A stretch of DNA of 63,014 nucleotides, counting the filler, from Squatina squatina (lineage: Eukaryota): NCBI GenBank assembly GCA_031763465.1. It is 4 parts of 4 records of this genome, joined end to end, with 100 filler letters (N's around TTAATTAATTAA, not from the genome) between each part and the next. Parts side by side here need not be neighbours in the genome. Positions count along the whole stretch, not along the records: positions 49,086 to 63,014 come from JARFOE010000168.1; 3 more parts are not named here. One strand, 5' to 3'. The translations under genes were made by a program, and so were the position numbers. The notes beneath the pieces are model-generated. The model made no database searches and was not told the DNA's origin. It was given only the letters and a program-made list of their open reading frames with translations. Below, piece after piece: positions 50,028 through 62,839 of this stretch. Every line of letters begins with the position of its first letter. Positions within the stretch are counted from its first letter, which is position 1.

Positions 50028-51579
50028 NNNNNNNNNNNNNNNNNNNNNNNNNNNNNNNNNNNNNNNNNNNNNNNNNNNNNNNNNNNNNNNNNNNNNNNNN
50101 NNNNNNNNNNNNNNNNNNNNNNNNNNNAAACCGCATGCTGGACGACCAACGGCGCGAGTGGAGGGAGGTGGGGTGGGGTGGGGTGGCGGGTGGGGACAGT
50201 CATGTGATAAATCCTCCAGGAATGCACCCAGCCAGAGCTGGCAACCCTAAACCAAGATATATCCTCCTCACCATCATCCCCCTCCGCCTTCTTCGCTCCA
50301 GCCCTGGATTACAGAGTAAGCTTTCCAAACAACCAAGGGTTAATGGCAATTGCAGTACTTTGAAAATAAAGTTTGGGTCTTACAAACGAGCTACTGTATT
50401 CGGCAAGCAGAGCGCTGACCACAGCCAAACAAGCACAGTGCAAGCTATGATTCCAGCATTAACTTAGTCAGCCACTTTGGTGCCAATCATATTTATTATC
50501 TGATTCCAAAGTATTTTCCTGTGGGCAGTGTGTGTGTGCTTCCTGCAGTGCTTGCAGTTAAGAGTTCAGTTGGTGTTGCACACAGGACAGAATTCAGTTC
50601 TGGTCGAGCACATGTTAATGGATAACAAGGTGCTGTGGCCCCCTCAAAACCCTGGACGACTGGCACAAAATGGAGCTTTTGTGCTCCCGAGTAAATACTA
50701 ATTTGCTTAATCTGATCATTCCCAGGCACACCTGTACTTCCTAGGCTTCTGGTCAGCTGTGGTGACTTTATGGGCTGCTTTAAGCCAAGTTGACCAAGTG
50801 TTACATAGAAACATAGAAAATAGGTGCAGGAGTAGGCCATNNNNNNNNNNNNNNNNNNNNNNNNNNNNNNNNNNNNNNNNNNNNNNNNNNNNNNNNNNNN
50901 NNNNNNNNNNNNNNNNNNNNNNNNNNNNNNNNNNNNNNNNCTTGGAGAAATTGGAATGCCTGACTGACGAAAATCTTATAGTTATTTCAAATGGAATTTT
51001 AATAAGCTATTTTGCTTTACCTTCCCATATGCAGTTACACAAGGACAGAGGGTAAGTCATACTAAAGTCAGTCAGAGGAAGGAAGTAGTCTTGGCTGATG
51101 TACGGTACAGCAGAGCAGACTGTGTTTTCTACACAAGAGTGTGTCTGTTTTCATGAACTCTATGGCACAGTGCAATTAACAGTTGTTTTTACACACTATA
51201 GCCCAACTCTTTCCTCTGATTTATTTTTGTAGTCTACAGAGTACATCGCTCGTGGAATTTTTCCAAAGAAAATATTCCAGCCTATCCTCGGAGACAGATT
51301 CCATACGCTGCTTTTTGTACAGCCAGTTACATACGGAGCTGTTTTCGCAGATTTGCTTGGTGGACATTTTAATCAGCTGTCATTACGTAAAACTGCACTG
51401 GCAAAAAGCAAAACAGTCTGCAAATTATTGTTAAAGGTTTTGTCACATTCGGTTGTGCGTGCTGTTCTCATCTAATCACCAACTGTAGGCCAGCAGGGCC
51501 TGACCATCCAGGGCCCGGACTACTCCACAGCTGCTGCCCACGCTGCCCCACAGTTGACAGGTGCCTTACTCTGCAACGG

Positions 51580-51819
51580 CGTGATTTTCATACTCTCACC
51601 CTTGTGTTCAAATTCCCCCCATGGTCTCGACCCTACCCATCTCTGTAACCTCCTCCAGCCCCACAACCCTCCGAGACCTCTGAGCTCCTCCGATTCTGGC
51701 CTCTCACACATCCCCCGATTTTCATCGCTCCACCATTGGTAGCCGTGCCTTGAGCTGCCTGGGCCCTAAGCTCTGGAATTCCCTCCCTAAACCTCTCCAC
51801 CTCTCTTTCCTCCTTCAAG
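51580..51819 (+). mobile_element. L2 LINE 3' fragment
   Basis: HGLDPTHLCNLLQPHNPPRPLSSSDSGL, SCLGPKLWNSLPKPL. Confidence 0.85.
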
Positions 51820-51919
51820 NNNNNNNNNNNNNNNNNNNNNNNNNNNNNNNNNNNNNNNNNNNNNNNNNNNNNNNNNNNNNNNNNNNNNNNNNNNNNNNNN
51901 NNNNNNNNNNNNNNNNNNN

Positions 51920-52245
51920 TATCGCTGTTTGTGGGATCTTGCTGTGTGCAAATTGGCTGCCACGTTTCCTACATTACACTAGTGACCACACTTCAAAAGT
52001 ACTTCATTGGCTGTAAAACGTTTGGGGCGTCTTGAGGTGGTGAAAGGAGCTATATAAATGCAAGTCTTTCCGTCTTTCTTTCTTTCTTTCTTTATTCTTT
52101 TTCTCTCTTAATCTTTCGCTCTGTCTTTCTCTCTCACTTGCTTTTTCTCTCTCTTTCTCTTTCTTTCTCTTTCTCTCTCTCTGCTCTTTCTTTCTCATTC
52201 TCTTTCCTTCTCTTCCTCTCCTCTTTCTCTCTCTCTCTCTTTCTT
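51920..52245 (+). mobile_element. DeuSINE-like 3' end with expanded CT/CTTT tail
   Basis: GCTGTTTGTGGGATCTTGCTGTGTGCAAATTGGCTGCC Deu core, followed by a pyrimidine microsatellite. Confidence 0.8.
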
Positions 52246-52978
52246 CATTTCCAACACACTTCATCATGTCGTTCTGCTAGTTTCCAAGCAGCACGCTATG
52301 TAGCAGTCCTGTACAGATTAAACAATGCCTTACAAGGCAGTGCTCTGTTGATTTAGAACTGCTTGGGCAAGAGAGGGAAAGGGAGCCTCCGAGTCAAAGA
52401 ATGGAATAATTATCTATTGAGCTCATTAGGTATTAGTTCTTGATATTTATGCGTGCAAAGAAACATAATATTTGCCCATATGTTTTCACTTGAACAGATG
52501 ATTCCACTGAGGAGAGCTCTGCGAAGATTGAGCGAATACGCAAAGTCCTTCAGCTTTTGTCATGAAGCTATTCAAAGGATTCATGTAATTGTCTCTCTGC
52601 TCACAGTGCAGTTGCCCGATTCCCAGCAACAGTGAAGTTCTACACAGATCACATTTATTCTGCTTCTTCTGCCTCTGACCTTGGTTTGAGAACTCTGCTG
52701 ATGGCTGTTTTTGTAAAATTCCATTCCTAAGCTCAGTGATTACAATAAAGTTTATAGTTTACACCAAGTGCCCTGTGCGTAAAATTAAAACTGAAATGGT
52801 GGATATGAGACCGTGACAAGGTAATGAAAGCTAGCCGTGTCAAATAAGGGCAACGTGTAACTATGGTGAAAGAAGCAGNNNNNNNNNNNNNNNNNNNNNN
52901 NNNNNNNNNNNNNNNNNNNNNNNNNNNNNNNNNNNNNNNNNNNNNNNNNNNNNNNNNNNNNNNNNNNNNNNNNNNNNN

Positions 52979-53263
52979 GCATGCTGCACAACCTGGCCAT
53001 CCGGAGGGCACAAACTATGGACGATGAGGCTGCACCTAGCGAGCAACAACAAGCAGAGGGGCCTGAACATCCAGATCATCATGAGGTTCTGGAGGAGGAG
53101 GAGGAAGAATCTGAGGAGACGGATGTGGAGGACGAGAAATCCGAGGAGGAGGAGGAGGCACAGGAGGAGTTGGGAGTGGCACAGGATAGAGCTCAGACAT
53201 CCAGTCAGGAGGGATGCAGCAAGGGTGGCTAGGCAGAACCTCATAGCGGGTCGATTTCAGTAG
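52979..53263 (+). mobile_element. PIF/Harbinger transposase C-terminus (frameshifted)
   Basis: (C)MLHNLAIRR...acidic tract...ARVARQNLIAGRFQ*, the LHN motif and R..LI...F end of DDE_Tnp_4/HARBI1-like transposases. Confidence 0.8.
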
Positions 53264-53499
53264 GTACAAACTTCACCACACCCATCTCAATGAAGTGTGT
53301 GAAGATGTACATCTGCTCATTGTGGAATAAACCAATTCCCATGCCCCCCGTGTCACACATTGAAAACACAGTCATCATTGGGCCTCTGCACATCCATAAA
53401 TTAAAACACATAGGCAAAAATGTGATCATATTGTCCTCCTTATCACACCTATTTGACAAAACATAAGTGCTGAAAAATGTAATCAGCCTTGTGTCTTTC

Positions 53500-53732
53500 C
53501 TGATGGCACTATTTTGAAGAAGAGCAGGAAAGTTATGCCCAGTGTCCAAGCCAACATTTATCCCTTAAGCAACATCACCAAAACAGGTTATCTGGTCATT
53601 ATCACATTGCTGTTTGTGGGAGCTTGCTACATTTCCAACATTACAACAGTGACTATGCTTCCAAAAGTAATTCATTGGCTGTAAAGCACTTTGGGTTGTG
53701 AAAGTCACTATATAAATGCATGTCTTTTCTTT
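53500..53732 (+). mobile_element. DeuSINE-like SINE
   Basis: TCTGGTCATTATCACATTGCTGTTTGTGGGAGC Deu core and tail. Confidence 0.75.
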
Positions 53733-54304
53733 TGCACGAGCGTAAAATTAATTTTTCAGGGCCAGAGAGGTTGTTCAGCAGTAATTATCACTGATGAAAC
53801 CATTAAAAACTCACTCCTAAATGCACTACTTTTCAGATGTCCTTAGAAAGGAACTAGTCTGTAAGTACCTCAAGTTCATGCTGTTGCAGTCATTTCAATG
53901 CTGAGTCTATCTCTTGGGTTGCCATCTTTTGCCATGTCCAAACAAGATGTGGGCAGCATAGGCCGAGGACTGCAACAGCGCACCCTGTGGAGGAGCAAAG
54001 TATCTCTGACAGCATCTTCTGCATTTCCACATTTAATTGTGCATGTACAGACCCCAGAAGTTGCTGTCAAATTTACCCTGTAATAAGAGAGAGCGCTGAT
54101 ATTTATTATTACAGCAAAATCTGGGCCGGTATGTTTTTGATGGTGTTGGTTGAGGAACGGGTATTAGCCAGGACACTAGAATAAATCTCTGCTCAACCCG
54201 AAGANNNNNNNNNNNNNNNNNNNNNNNNNNNNNNNNNNNNNNNNNNNNNNNNNNNNNNNNNNNNNNNNNNNNNNNNNNNNNNNNNNNNNNNNNNNNNNNN
54301 NNNN

Positions 54305-55710
54305 AGCAACAATGTCAACTTATCACCTTTGTGCATTCCCTTAATATCTGTCTTTCATGTTTCTTTTCCTATTCTTGTGCTCCTACGAAGTGCTCCTCCA
54401 CTGGCTGCAGCATGGCTGGTGAAAGGCTGCTGACTTTCCGTGGGGGAGACTGCAGCTGGCCTTGCAAGATGACCTCAAGCAGCGCTGGGCCTAGAAGGTC
54501 CAGCTGTAGACTGCACCACTTCAGCATGGTTGGCAGCAGTCTGGGCTGGCTGGATGACAGGCAGCAGCAAAGGCACTGGCAGAGTGGCAGTGGTGGGAAT
54601 AAGAATACTGTCACCCTGAGAGAGGACAGCAGGTTCTTGCTCCACAGACCCACTGCCACTCCCCCGGGGCAGTGCCTCAGCAGTCCTAGCCATCTGTTGG
54701 AGGACAGATTGCTGGATTTCTGAAAGTCCCTTTTCACACTCGTAAACCAAGCCACAAGGGCAGCAGTCCAAGCTTCCACTGCAGCACTAAGACGTTGGGT
54801 CGCTTCTGCCTGTACTGCAATGGAAGCTATGACATTGCCCATCACACCCAGCATCATAGTTGGATCAACAAGGTCTCACATGAAGTTGCCCATCATTTCC
54901 ATCCTGGAAATCATGAAAATAAAAGTTTCAGTGTTTGACAGCACATTAACAGAAATTTTACATGAACATTGCATAAGACACCCAAGTGCCTACCTGTGTG
55001 TTATTAGTTGGTATAATTGCACTAGGATAAGGTTGAGCGTGAGGGGTAGTTAGTGAGATGGGGATGTGATAATGTAGAGAGAGAGAGAGATGGGTGGAGG
55101 TGCAAGTTAAAGTTGGTGTGAGTAAAGTTGTGCAGGAGCAGTGTAGGGAAGGCAGAGTGAAGGGGATGTGATGAGAGGCACAGCAGGATGAGGTTGAGTG
55201 TGGCTTTGTACTGACATTTTGTGATCTACTGAGATCATTGAAACATTTTTGGCACTGCACCCAGGTCCCCCTGAGCACATGCCTGCTTGTGCTCTCCTGT
55301 ACAATGTGCAACCAGGCTGTATTGATCTTCTAAGGAAGTCTCTTCCACCCGTGGGAAGGGAAGAGGACCTCCCACAAACATATGGAGGGAGTCAGGGGAG
55401 AGCCTGGGTTCAGCCCTGCACCTCTGTACAGTGTTTGTCAGTGTTTGCAGCTCCTCATTGCTGTAGAACACTGACAGCACAAATGTCAAAATAACATTGG
55501 CCATGGTCCCTTTAAGGAAATCTGCTGATGACGTGTCATCAAATGACATCACCAGACCCGCTTCCTCTCATTGACCAGGAAAGGCACTGGGAAGGCTTAA
55601 CAAGCTCAATCATGGGAAATTCATTTTAGAGGCTGGGATGGAGCCAACAGCAAGGTCAAGACCCGCCACCAACATCACCCACCATGGATCTGTCGACATT
55701 TGTAAAATCA
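54305..55710 (-). mobile_element. PIF/Harbinger Myb/SANT-like accessory gene remnant and terminus
   Basis: EPRLSPDSL...TWVQCQKCFNDL (Myb/SANT trihelix-like), candidate GTCAGT donor, downstream coiled-coil-like ORF 54369-54857. Confidence 0.7.
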
Positions 55711-56239
55711 TTAGAGTGGGTGAATTCAANNNNNNNNNNNNNNNNNNNNNNNNNNNNNNNNNNNNNNNNNNNNNNNNNNNNNNNNNNNNNNNNNNNNNNN
55801 NNNNNNNNNNNNNNNNNNNNNNNNNNNNNGTTGCTGCCATGGATGGTGATGGTCTTCCTCTCTTGATGTGCTGTCAAACACATCCGAGACATCTCCCATT
55901 CTGACCTTTTCGATTTGAAACCCTCCAAGGTTAAAAAAAAAAGCCGTGTCCACACCAGCATTCTCTGCCAAACATTTGCCAGAGGGAACCGAGACAGTAG
56001 CTGCAGTAAGTGAGCTTTTATTCAGATGGGATAATGGGCAGCCCACCTGAACTCCTGCTCAAACTCGCCTCTGTTTCCCTGATCAGTTTTCTGAGCCCCG
56101 GAAAACCTGTCCTGCTCAAGTAAAATTTGGAACCAAGTGAAATAAAAAAAAACCTTATTAACGTCTCTAAAGGGTGTCAATTGAGTCATTAAGTACCCGG
56201 TGGCATCTAATTGGGAAATCTCTGACTTTGGTGAGTAGA

Positions 56240-56462
56240 AAGAAAGAATGACTTGTACTTATATAGCGTCTTTCACAACCACCAGATGTCTCAAAGTGTT
56301 TTACAGCCAATAAAGTACTTTTTGAAGTGTAGTCACTGATGTAATGTGGGAAACACGGCAGCCAATTTACGCACAGCAAGCTCCTACAAGCAGCAATGTG
56401 ATAATGGCCAGTTAATCTGTTTCTTTGTATTGTTGATTGAGAGATAAATATTGGCCCCGGTG
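56240..56462 (-). mobile_element. DeuSINE-like SINE
   Basis: Reverse Deu core and tail. Confidence 0.75.
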
Positions 56463-57414
56463 TCCCAACTGTGCCACGGTTGACACTTTAGGTTTCTCGC
56501 CGTTGCCAGCGTCATAACACGCCTCCATTAAACCTAAAAATGGGCACGTTGGAGCCGGGTTGCATGCTCTAAAAATCAATCATTTTTACCCACACCACCC
56601 GCTCCCAACCCACCCATTCTTGAGGTTAAAGTCCCCCCACCCCACCCTGTGTAGTTCTATGTCATATTTGGCATTCACCAAAATAATAGAAAATTCCAAT
56701 GTAACTTTTTGGTAAATACTTTGTTTTCTTCATCTTAGTTTTATGGATGGAAAGTCTATTTTGATCCCTTTTATCAATGTTCACTCATCTGTTCCAATGC
56801 CTATGCACTCCTTTCTTAGTAAAGTGGTATGTAACTGGCACTGTCAGTGGTGCAACTAATAAAGGCCTTCGATTGACTTACACTAAAAGAAATGAACCTG
56901 CTCAAAGCCACCTTTAAAATAAAGTTGTAAAATAATACACTTTTCATAGAAGATGATAATTATTCTGAGCTTGTTTCAAAGGGTGAGATAATCATCTGGA
57001 GAATTGGGATCCTGCAGAAGGTGGAAATAAATACTTCAAGCTAATGAAGCCTCACGTGTGAATCACATTAAGAGGTGGAAGGAGGCAGAAAAGAAATCAA
57101 AAGAGGTGCATTTTAAATTGTATCTCATCATGCCTCTCAGAAATGCCCTAAAGCGCTTCACATACATGAGCTAATTCCACAGCGGCACTGAGGAGCCAAT
57201 GCAGGTCAGAGAATTGGCGCTGCAATTGTCGCCGACTCCCTCCTCCCGTCAAGGATGGCTTTCTCCCTGTCAGTGAAGAACTGGGGGCATTTGGCCTTAC
57301 AATTAACTTACCTTGATGTGCAGCCACTATTGCTAAGTAGGTGAAAGGAATGGAGAAAAAATGGAGAATCCACACTTGATGTATCGAGTCACAAACTCTC
57401 TCTGTGCAGCACCC

Positions 57415-57660
57415 CTTCCCTTCACTTTGCCATTGCTGGTTGTGCCTTTAGCTGCCTAGGCCCTGAGCTCTGGAATTCCCTTTCTAAATCCCTCCACCTC
57501 GTCTCCTCCATCTCCTCCCATCGACCAAGCTTTTGGTCACTCCTCCTAATAGCTCCTTCTTTGGCTCGGCATCCATTTTCTTTAAATCACCTCTTGCAAA
57601 AGCGCCTTGGGGCATAATTTTGCCACATTAAAGGCGCACTGTGAATGCAAGTTGTCATTA
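57415..57660 (+). mobile_element. L2 3' end
   Basis: CTGCCTAGGCCCTGAGCTCTGGAATTCCC...GACCAAGCTTTTGGTCA...AAAGGCGC tail. Confidence 0.7.
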
Positions 57661-58236
57661 CTGTCGTCATGTCAACCAAGAGTGTAATCTCCTGAAGTAG
57701 CGCTGGACTAACCCTGTTAGCTGGTCAGAAGGTGAGAGATTGTTGTTGGCAGTTCAGTCACATCATCAGCTCCTTGCAGGTTTTTCTCCGTTGCAATGAG
57801 CCAGCTGAATGCAGCAGGAACACTTCATAGAAAATCAATGTGTGCAGCACTACCATAACCTCCTGGCCTCCACGCACAATAGACATCTGCAGACCCACAC
57901 AAAAACAGATCAAGTACCACACAGTGTCCATGAATGTTAAATACCACCTTCTCAAGCTCCGAGACATTCATAAACATGCAGAGAGAGAAAAAAAAACATC
58001 AATCTGTGATAGATCCAGAACCTTGCAATCACTCGATGTACATAAATGTTCAAATTATTTATAAATAGTCATGAGGAGAAGTTGAATCAATGAAGACATC
58101 TCAGTGCACCTTAGCAACTGCTCACATCAAATATTCNNNNNNNNNNNNNNNNNNNNNNNNNNNNNNNNNNNNNNNNNNNNNNNNNNNNNNNNNNNNNNNN
58201 NNNNNNNNNNNNNNNNNNNNNNNNNNNNNNNNNNNN

Positions 58237-58345
58237 TGGTTGGAAGCTCATTTCAGGATCAAATATGACGCCAAGGTTGCGAATAGTGTGGATCAACCTC
58301 AGTCAGGTGTTAGGGAGCGGGATGGAGTCTGTGACTGGGGCTGAA
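58237..58345 (-). mobile_element. L2 RT fragment
   Basis: IRNLGVIFDPEMSF motif. Confidence 0.7.
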
Positions 58346-58984
58346 AACAATGGCTTCCGGATCTAAACAATGTATCAGGATCTGAAAATATTTCGCTGCA
58401 GTGAGAGAATCCAGGAAACATGAGAGAGCAGTGAAAGGCATAGTGATTTATCATCGATCCCTCTACCCAGCTACTTGAATAGAATGCTAAAAATAACTAC
58501 AGAAGAGAAATAGATTGAAAGATTTTTCTGTGCCTATTTAATTCATGAGGCATCAAGCAGAATCTCTACAGAGAGTCCAGTGAAGGTGATCCCCACAAAG
58601 CATGTTCAGTCTCGAGCAATGACGTACTTGGAGCTGTTCTATATTTAGAGTGATTGCGAGAAGCTTTCTGTAGTCCCAGTGGAATTTCGTAGCAGCTATC
58701 CAGTATTAATTTTGGTGTCGGTTGCCTTTCCTCAAACAGACTGGGACCTCTCTGATTCTGAACTCGCAGCAGAAACCCATCAGGGACCCAGTTAAAAATA
58801 AGACAGCTCTTGCACAGTTTTGAAACAGGTCAGTTGCATCCAGATAAAGGCCTAGTAGTAAGCAGATAAGAACATAAGAAATAGNNNNNNNNNNNNNNNN
58901 NNNNNNNNNNNNNNNNNNNNNNNNNNNNNNNNNNNNNNNNNNNNNNNNNNNNNNNNNNNNNNNNNNNNNNNNNNNNNNNNNNNN

Positions 58985-59882
58985 AACTATTGGCATAGGA
59001 AAGGACCACCATAAAGAAATATATTCCCGCAGAAACAGGTTCCTCCGGCAAAGTGTTAATCAAATTAATAATATTCAGGACGTAAAATGGGAGCCAGCAA
59101 ATCACAAATACAACTACAATGATGATCACCATTCTGGTAACCTTTCTCTCGGACTTCCTTCGTTTGGTTGATCCAACACGTAAACCAGATGACTTGACTT
59201 TGATTATAATCAGTAGGTAACAGAGGCATATTATTAACAGCGGGCCAAAAAAGCCCAGGACTGCTGCGTATATGATAAAGACCGCAGACCAAATTTGCTG
59301 GGGAGCTGGCCAGTTGATGTTGCAAGTGTTCATGTAGGGTTGGACTTCAGAATATATGATAACCGGAAGGACGACCACGATGGAGGATGTCCACACCGAG
59401 GCGTTGACTATCTTGGCTATGCGGGGCCTGCGCCATTTGGTGGATCTGATGGGGTGGACCACCGCAAGGTATCGATCGATGCTCATTACAGTTAGGCAGA
59501 AGATGCTGGTGAACTGGTTGATGCTGTCGACAGTCAAAACCAGTCTGCACATAAAGGATCCAAACGGCCAATAGCTCAAGGCATTTTGGGTGGCAATGAA
59601 CGGCAGTCCAAGCATGAAGAGCTCGTCTGCCACAGCTAGGTTCAGTATATAGATATTGGTCACTGTCTTCATCTTGGCGTAACGCACAATAACGTAGATG
59701 ACTAGAGTGTTCCCGCTGAGTCCTATTGCCCAGACAATGAAATAAATCACAGGAAGCACAATGGTGCTTACACTAGACATAAATGGATCTCGATTGGTCC
59801 ACTTACCAGANNNNNNNNNNACATTGATCTTCTCTGTGCTTTGTTCCCAGACAGAGATAGTGGATATCTTTAGAGGCTCCAT
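58985..59882 (-). CDS. SSTR5: Somatostatin receptor of the SSTR2/3/5 group, SSTR5-like (C-terminus in gap)
   Basis: MEPL start; [87 protein letters not shown]; acceptor AG at 59947-59946. Family certain, exact orthology not. Confidence 0.85.
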
Positions 59883-59914
59883 CTCTTGCAGTGTAGTCCT
59901 CAAGGTCTCACTCT

Positions 59915-59938
59915 CTACAAAACTGTACTTATGTCCAT
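59915..59938 (-). promoter_or_regulatory. Upstream ORF (MDISTVL*) in the SSTR leader
   Basis: ACAATGG context; out of frame with the receptor; stops 32 nt before the receptor ATG. Confidence 0.5.
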
Positions 59939-60004
59939 TGTCCGCCTAGGGAAAGAATTGAAGAAGGTGTTGAAGGTAATGGATTTGATAGGGTAGATGG
60001 AGAT

Positions 60005-60402
60005 GTTGGTATGTTGGCCTTTATTGCAGCAAATGGTATGTTGGCCTTTATTACAAGAGGATTTGAGTACAGGAGTAAAGATGTCTTATTGTAATTATAN
60101 NNNNNNNNNNNNNNNNNNNNNNNNNNNNNNNNNNNNNNNNNNNNNNNNNNNNNNNNNNNNNNNNNNNNNNNNNNNNNNNNNNNNNNNNNNNNNNNNNNNC
60201 GCTATCACATAGAGTAGTTGAGGCAAATAACACAGATGCATTTAAGGGGAAGCTAGATAAGCACAGAAGGGAGAAAGGAATAAATGGTTATGTTGATGGG
60301 GTTGGATGAAGAGGGATGGGAGGCGGCTCATGCGGAGCATAAACACCGGCAGAGACCAGTCGGGCCGATTGGCCTGTTTCTGTGCTGTACATTCTGTGCT
60401 GT
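60005..60402 (+). mobile_element. CR1 fragments flanking a gap
   Basis: GMLAFITRGFEYRSKDVLL before the gap; FKGKLDKH and CR1 3' UTR after it. Confidence 0.75.
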
Positions 60403-61164
60403 AAAAAAAATTCTAAAAATGATGAATTTGCTTTTCTGTTCATATTTGTGCGTACCCCTGCCAACAATTATGATGATGTGCTAAATCATTTTAATGTAAG
60501 GATAAAACATTAATGCAATTGATAACAGTTCAATTCTAAAATGCTGTTAAAGTTTGATTAAGATGTATTTATGCTGGAGCTTCAGGCTCTGTTAAGTCTT
60601 AAACACTTAGGAGAAAGCTTTTTATTTTCCAGCATTCAATATATGATTGCTTCAGTTTAAAGCGTGAGGCAATCACACTTTAATCAGCCCAAAACAATTT
60701 TTATCCAGAGCACAGCCTCATCAATCATAAACTAACCTATGAGCAGACCTTTTGGGCTAAATCATTATTTACACCAATGGTTTGTGTTTGTTTCCTTCTT
60801 GACTGTTAGATTGTTGAACAAATTAAGGACAATTAAGCAAGAAGTAATAATCTTTCTTTTCACTGAAGCATCTTCTAAATGTGATGAATGTTCCCAAGTT
60901 GTTCCTGTCCTCCAAGAAAATGTCCTGTAGAAAGACTATTAAGCGCTTGATTGAGGTCCCATATAAGCGCCATCAATACAACAGTAATCGACAGAAGCAA
61001 CCCTCATTATCCATCCAACATCTGCAACTAGATGTAAGCTGCAGCATACTGTGGAGATAAAATCCTGTCAGTAGGAGTACTAACGCATCATGGGAGACCG
61101 ATAGTCTGTTTACTCAATTGCCGTGCGGTCAATAACAATTCCCATCAGCACCAAAATAATGGAA

Positions 61165-61318
61165 GAACTTACATTTCTGTAGCTTCACAACCTCAGGTCA
61201 GCCCAAAGTGCTTTGCAGCCAACAAAGTACTTTTTATTGAAGAGTGGTCAGCCTTGTAATATCGGGAAACGCGGAAACCAATATGTGCACAGCAAGCTCC
61301 CACAAGCAGCAATGAGAT
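61165..61318 (-). mobile_element. DeuSINE-like SINE 3' part
   Basis: Reverse Deu core (GCACAGCAAGCTCCCACAAGCAGCAATG). Confidence 0.7.
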
Positions 61319-62839
61319 NNNNNNNNNNNNNNNNNNNNNNNNNNNNNNNNNNNNNNNNNNNNNNNNNNNNNNNNNNNNNNNNNNNNNNNNNNNNNNNNNN
61401 NNNNNNNNNNNNNNNNNNTAGTGGCCAACTTGCTCAAAGACATAGTTCTGGGATTTGACCTCTACATGTTAAAGGATGTTACCCCAGAGAATTCAAGTCA
61501 GCTTGGTTACTATCTGAGCGAAGGCAAATAATGAAAAGGAACTTGAACCAGGAGAAATATTTTCACGGGACACTAGTTTGGTCACCCCATAGCTTAAATT
61601 CAGGGAAGAACAAAGCATTAAAGGTACCACCAAACAGATAGATGGAGCTAACAGCATTCCATGGGTACCTACTCACATTGTGGCTTTCCAGGTCAATAAC
61701 AATATCTTAATCCCATATTACTCCAAGTTTTATGCATTAGCAGTATTAGCATAGAACTGGGAAAGTTAAGGTTAAAAATTTTGAGATTTGCAATCATGTA
61801 TTGCGTGTGGATTTATACGAATACCCAGAATAAAAATAAAGTTGGACAATTGCAGAAATTCTGAGGCATTCCCCAATGACACTGGTCCATGGCATCCCAA
61901 TGTCAGGCTACCTTCAGAGACAAAGGACCACTGAAAAGAATTCAACAAAGATTCAGTTCCCCTTCACATTTATGAGGAAAAATAAATTTTGCAAACCGCT
62001 CTCAGAATCTCAGTGGAAAATAACTAAGACATGTCTCATTCCAATGGAACTTTTGGATGGCACTTAAGAATTTGGTCAGTTAGGAGAAAATGCTGCTTCT
62101 GAGCACTGCAGATCATTTGTTTTTGTATGAAGGCTACTGACAGCAGAGATTCTTTCCTACATTAGCCAGCCTTTATCATTTTACAGTGATGCCCTTTGTT
62201 TTCCATGGGTCTCAGCCATAATTCAGAGACTAATGAACTAGATACTAAGGAGATTACAAATCTTTTTATTTCCCAACTGTTGACGGAAGTCAGAGGCATC
62301 TGCAGGCTAGATGTAACCGATCCTGTGAAAATGTTCTGCAGCTCATTATCGGACTCCGCAATATTTCTTTCGCGCCGGGAGGGACATCTGTTGTGGCAGA
62401 GTTGGCTGCGGTTAGTTTCAGTTAAGCGGACAGCTGCAGCGTTAGAAGAGGTGGAAGATATGTGTGACCTTCTGCAGTTGTTCGTTCTGTTTTTCGCTGG
62501 ACTTTTGACATGGGGGCTCTCAGCGTAAATCACATTTTGAGTGCCTTGAAGATGGCAAAATGCCACTGTGGGAACTTGTCTCAACTTAGGAACTGAACCA
62601 CGGCATTTTTCAAAGCCCGAAACAAAAAATTATTTGAAGCTTTCCTGGTGTATAACTCAAAGATTTTGCTGTTTACAACCTGGTAATTTTCAGTGTTGGT
62701 ATGGATTCATGTAAGAGCAGTACACAGATGAGATATCTCACACATGGTTTTGTCTGGACGTCTAGTATTCATAGGGGTTGTCATTTATAAAATGTATTTG
62801 CTGGTATTAAATCCATTTCTATTTGCAGCTATAAACTTA

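Noticed and set aside
52981-53232. Acidic host protein (prothymosin/nucleolin-like)
   Set aside because: Bracketed by the LHN and R..LI...F motifs of Harbinger transposase C-termini, and frameshifted.
58830-58984. SSTR C-terminal tail YFLCSYLLTTRPLSGCN from the ORF track
   Set aside because: Read-through of an unsized gap into a CR1 tail; the NPxxY motif and real tail are in the gap.
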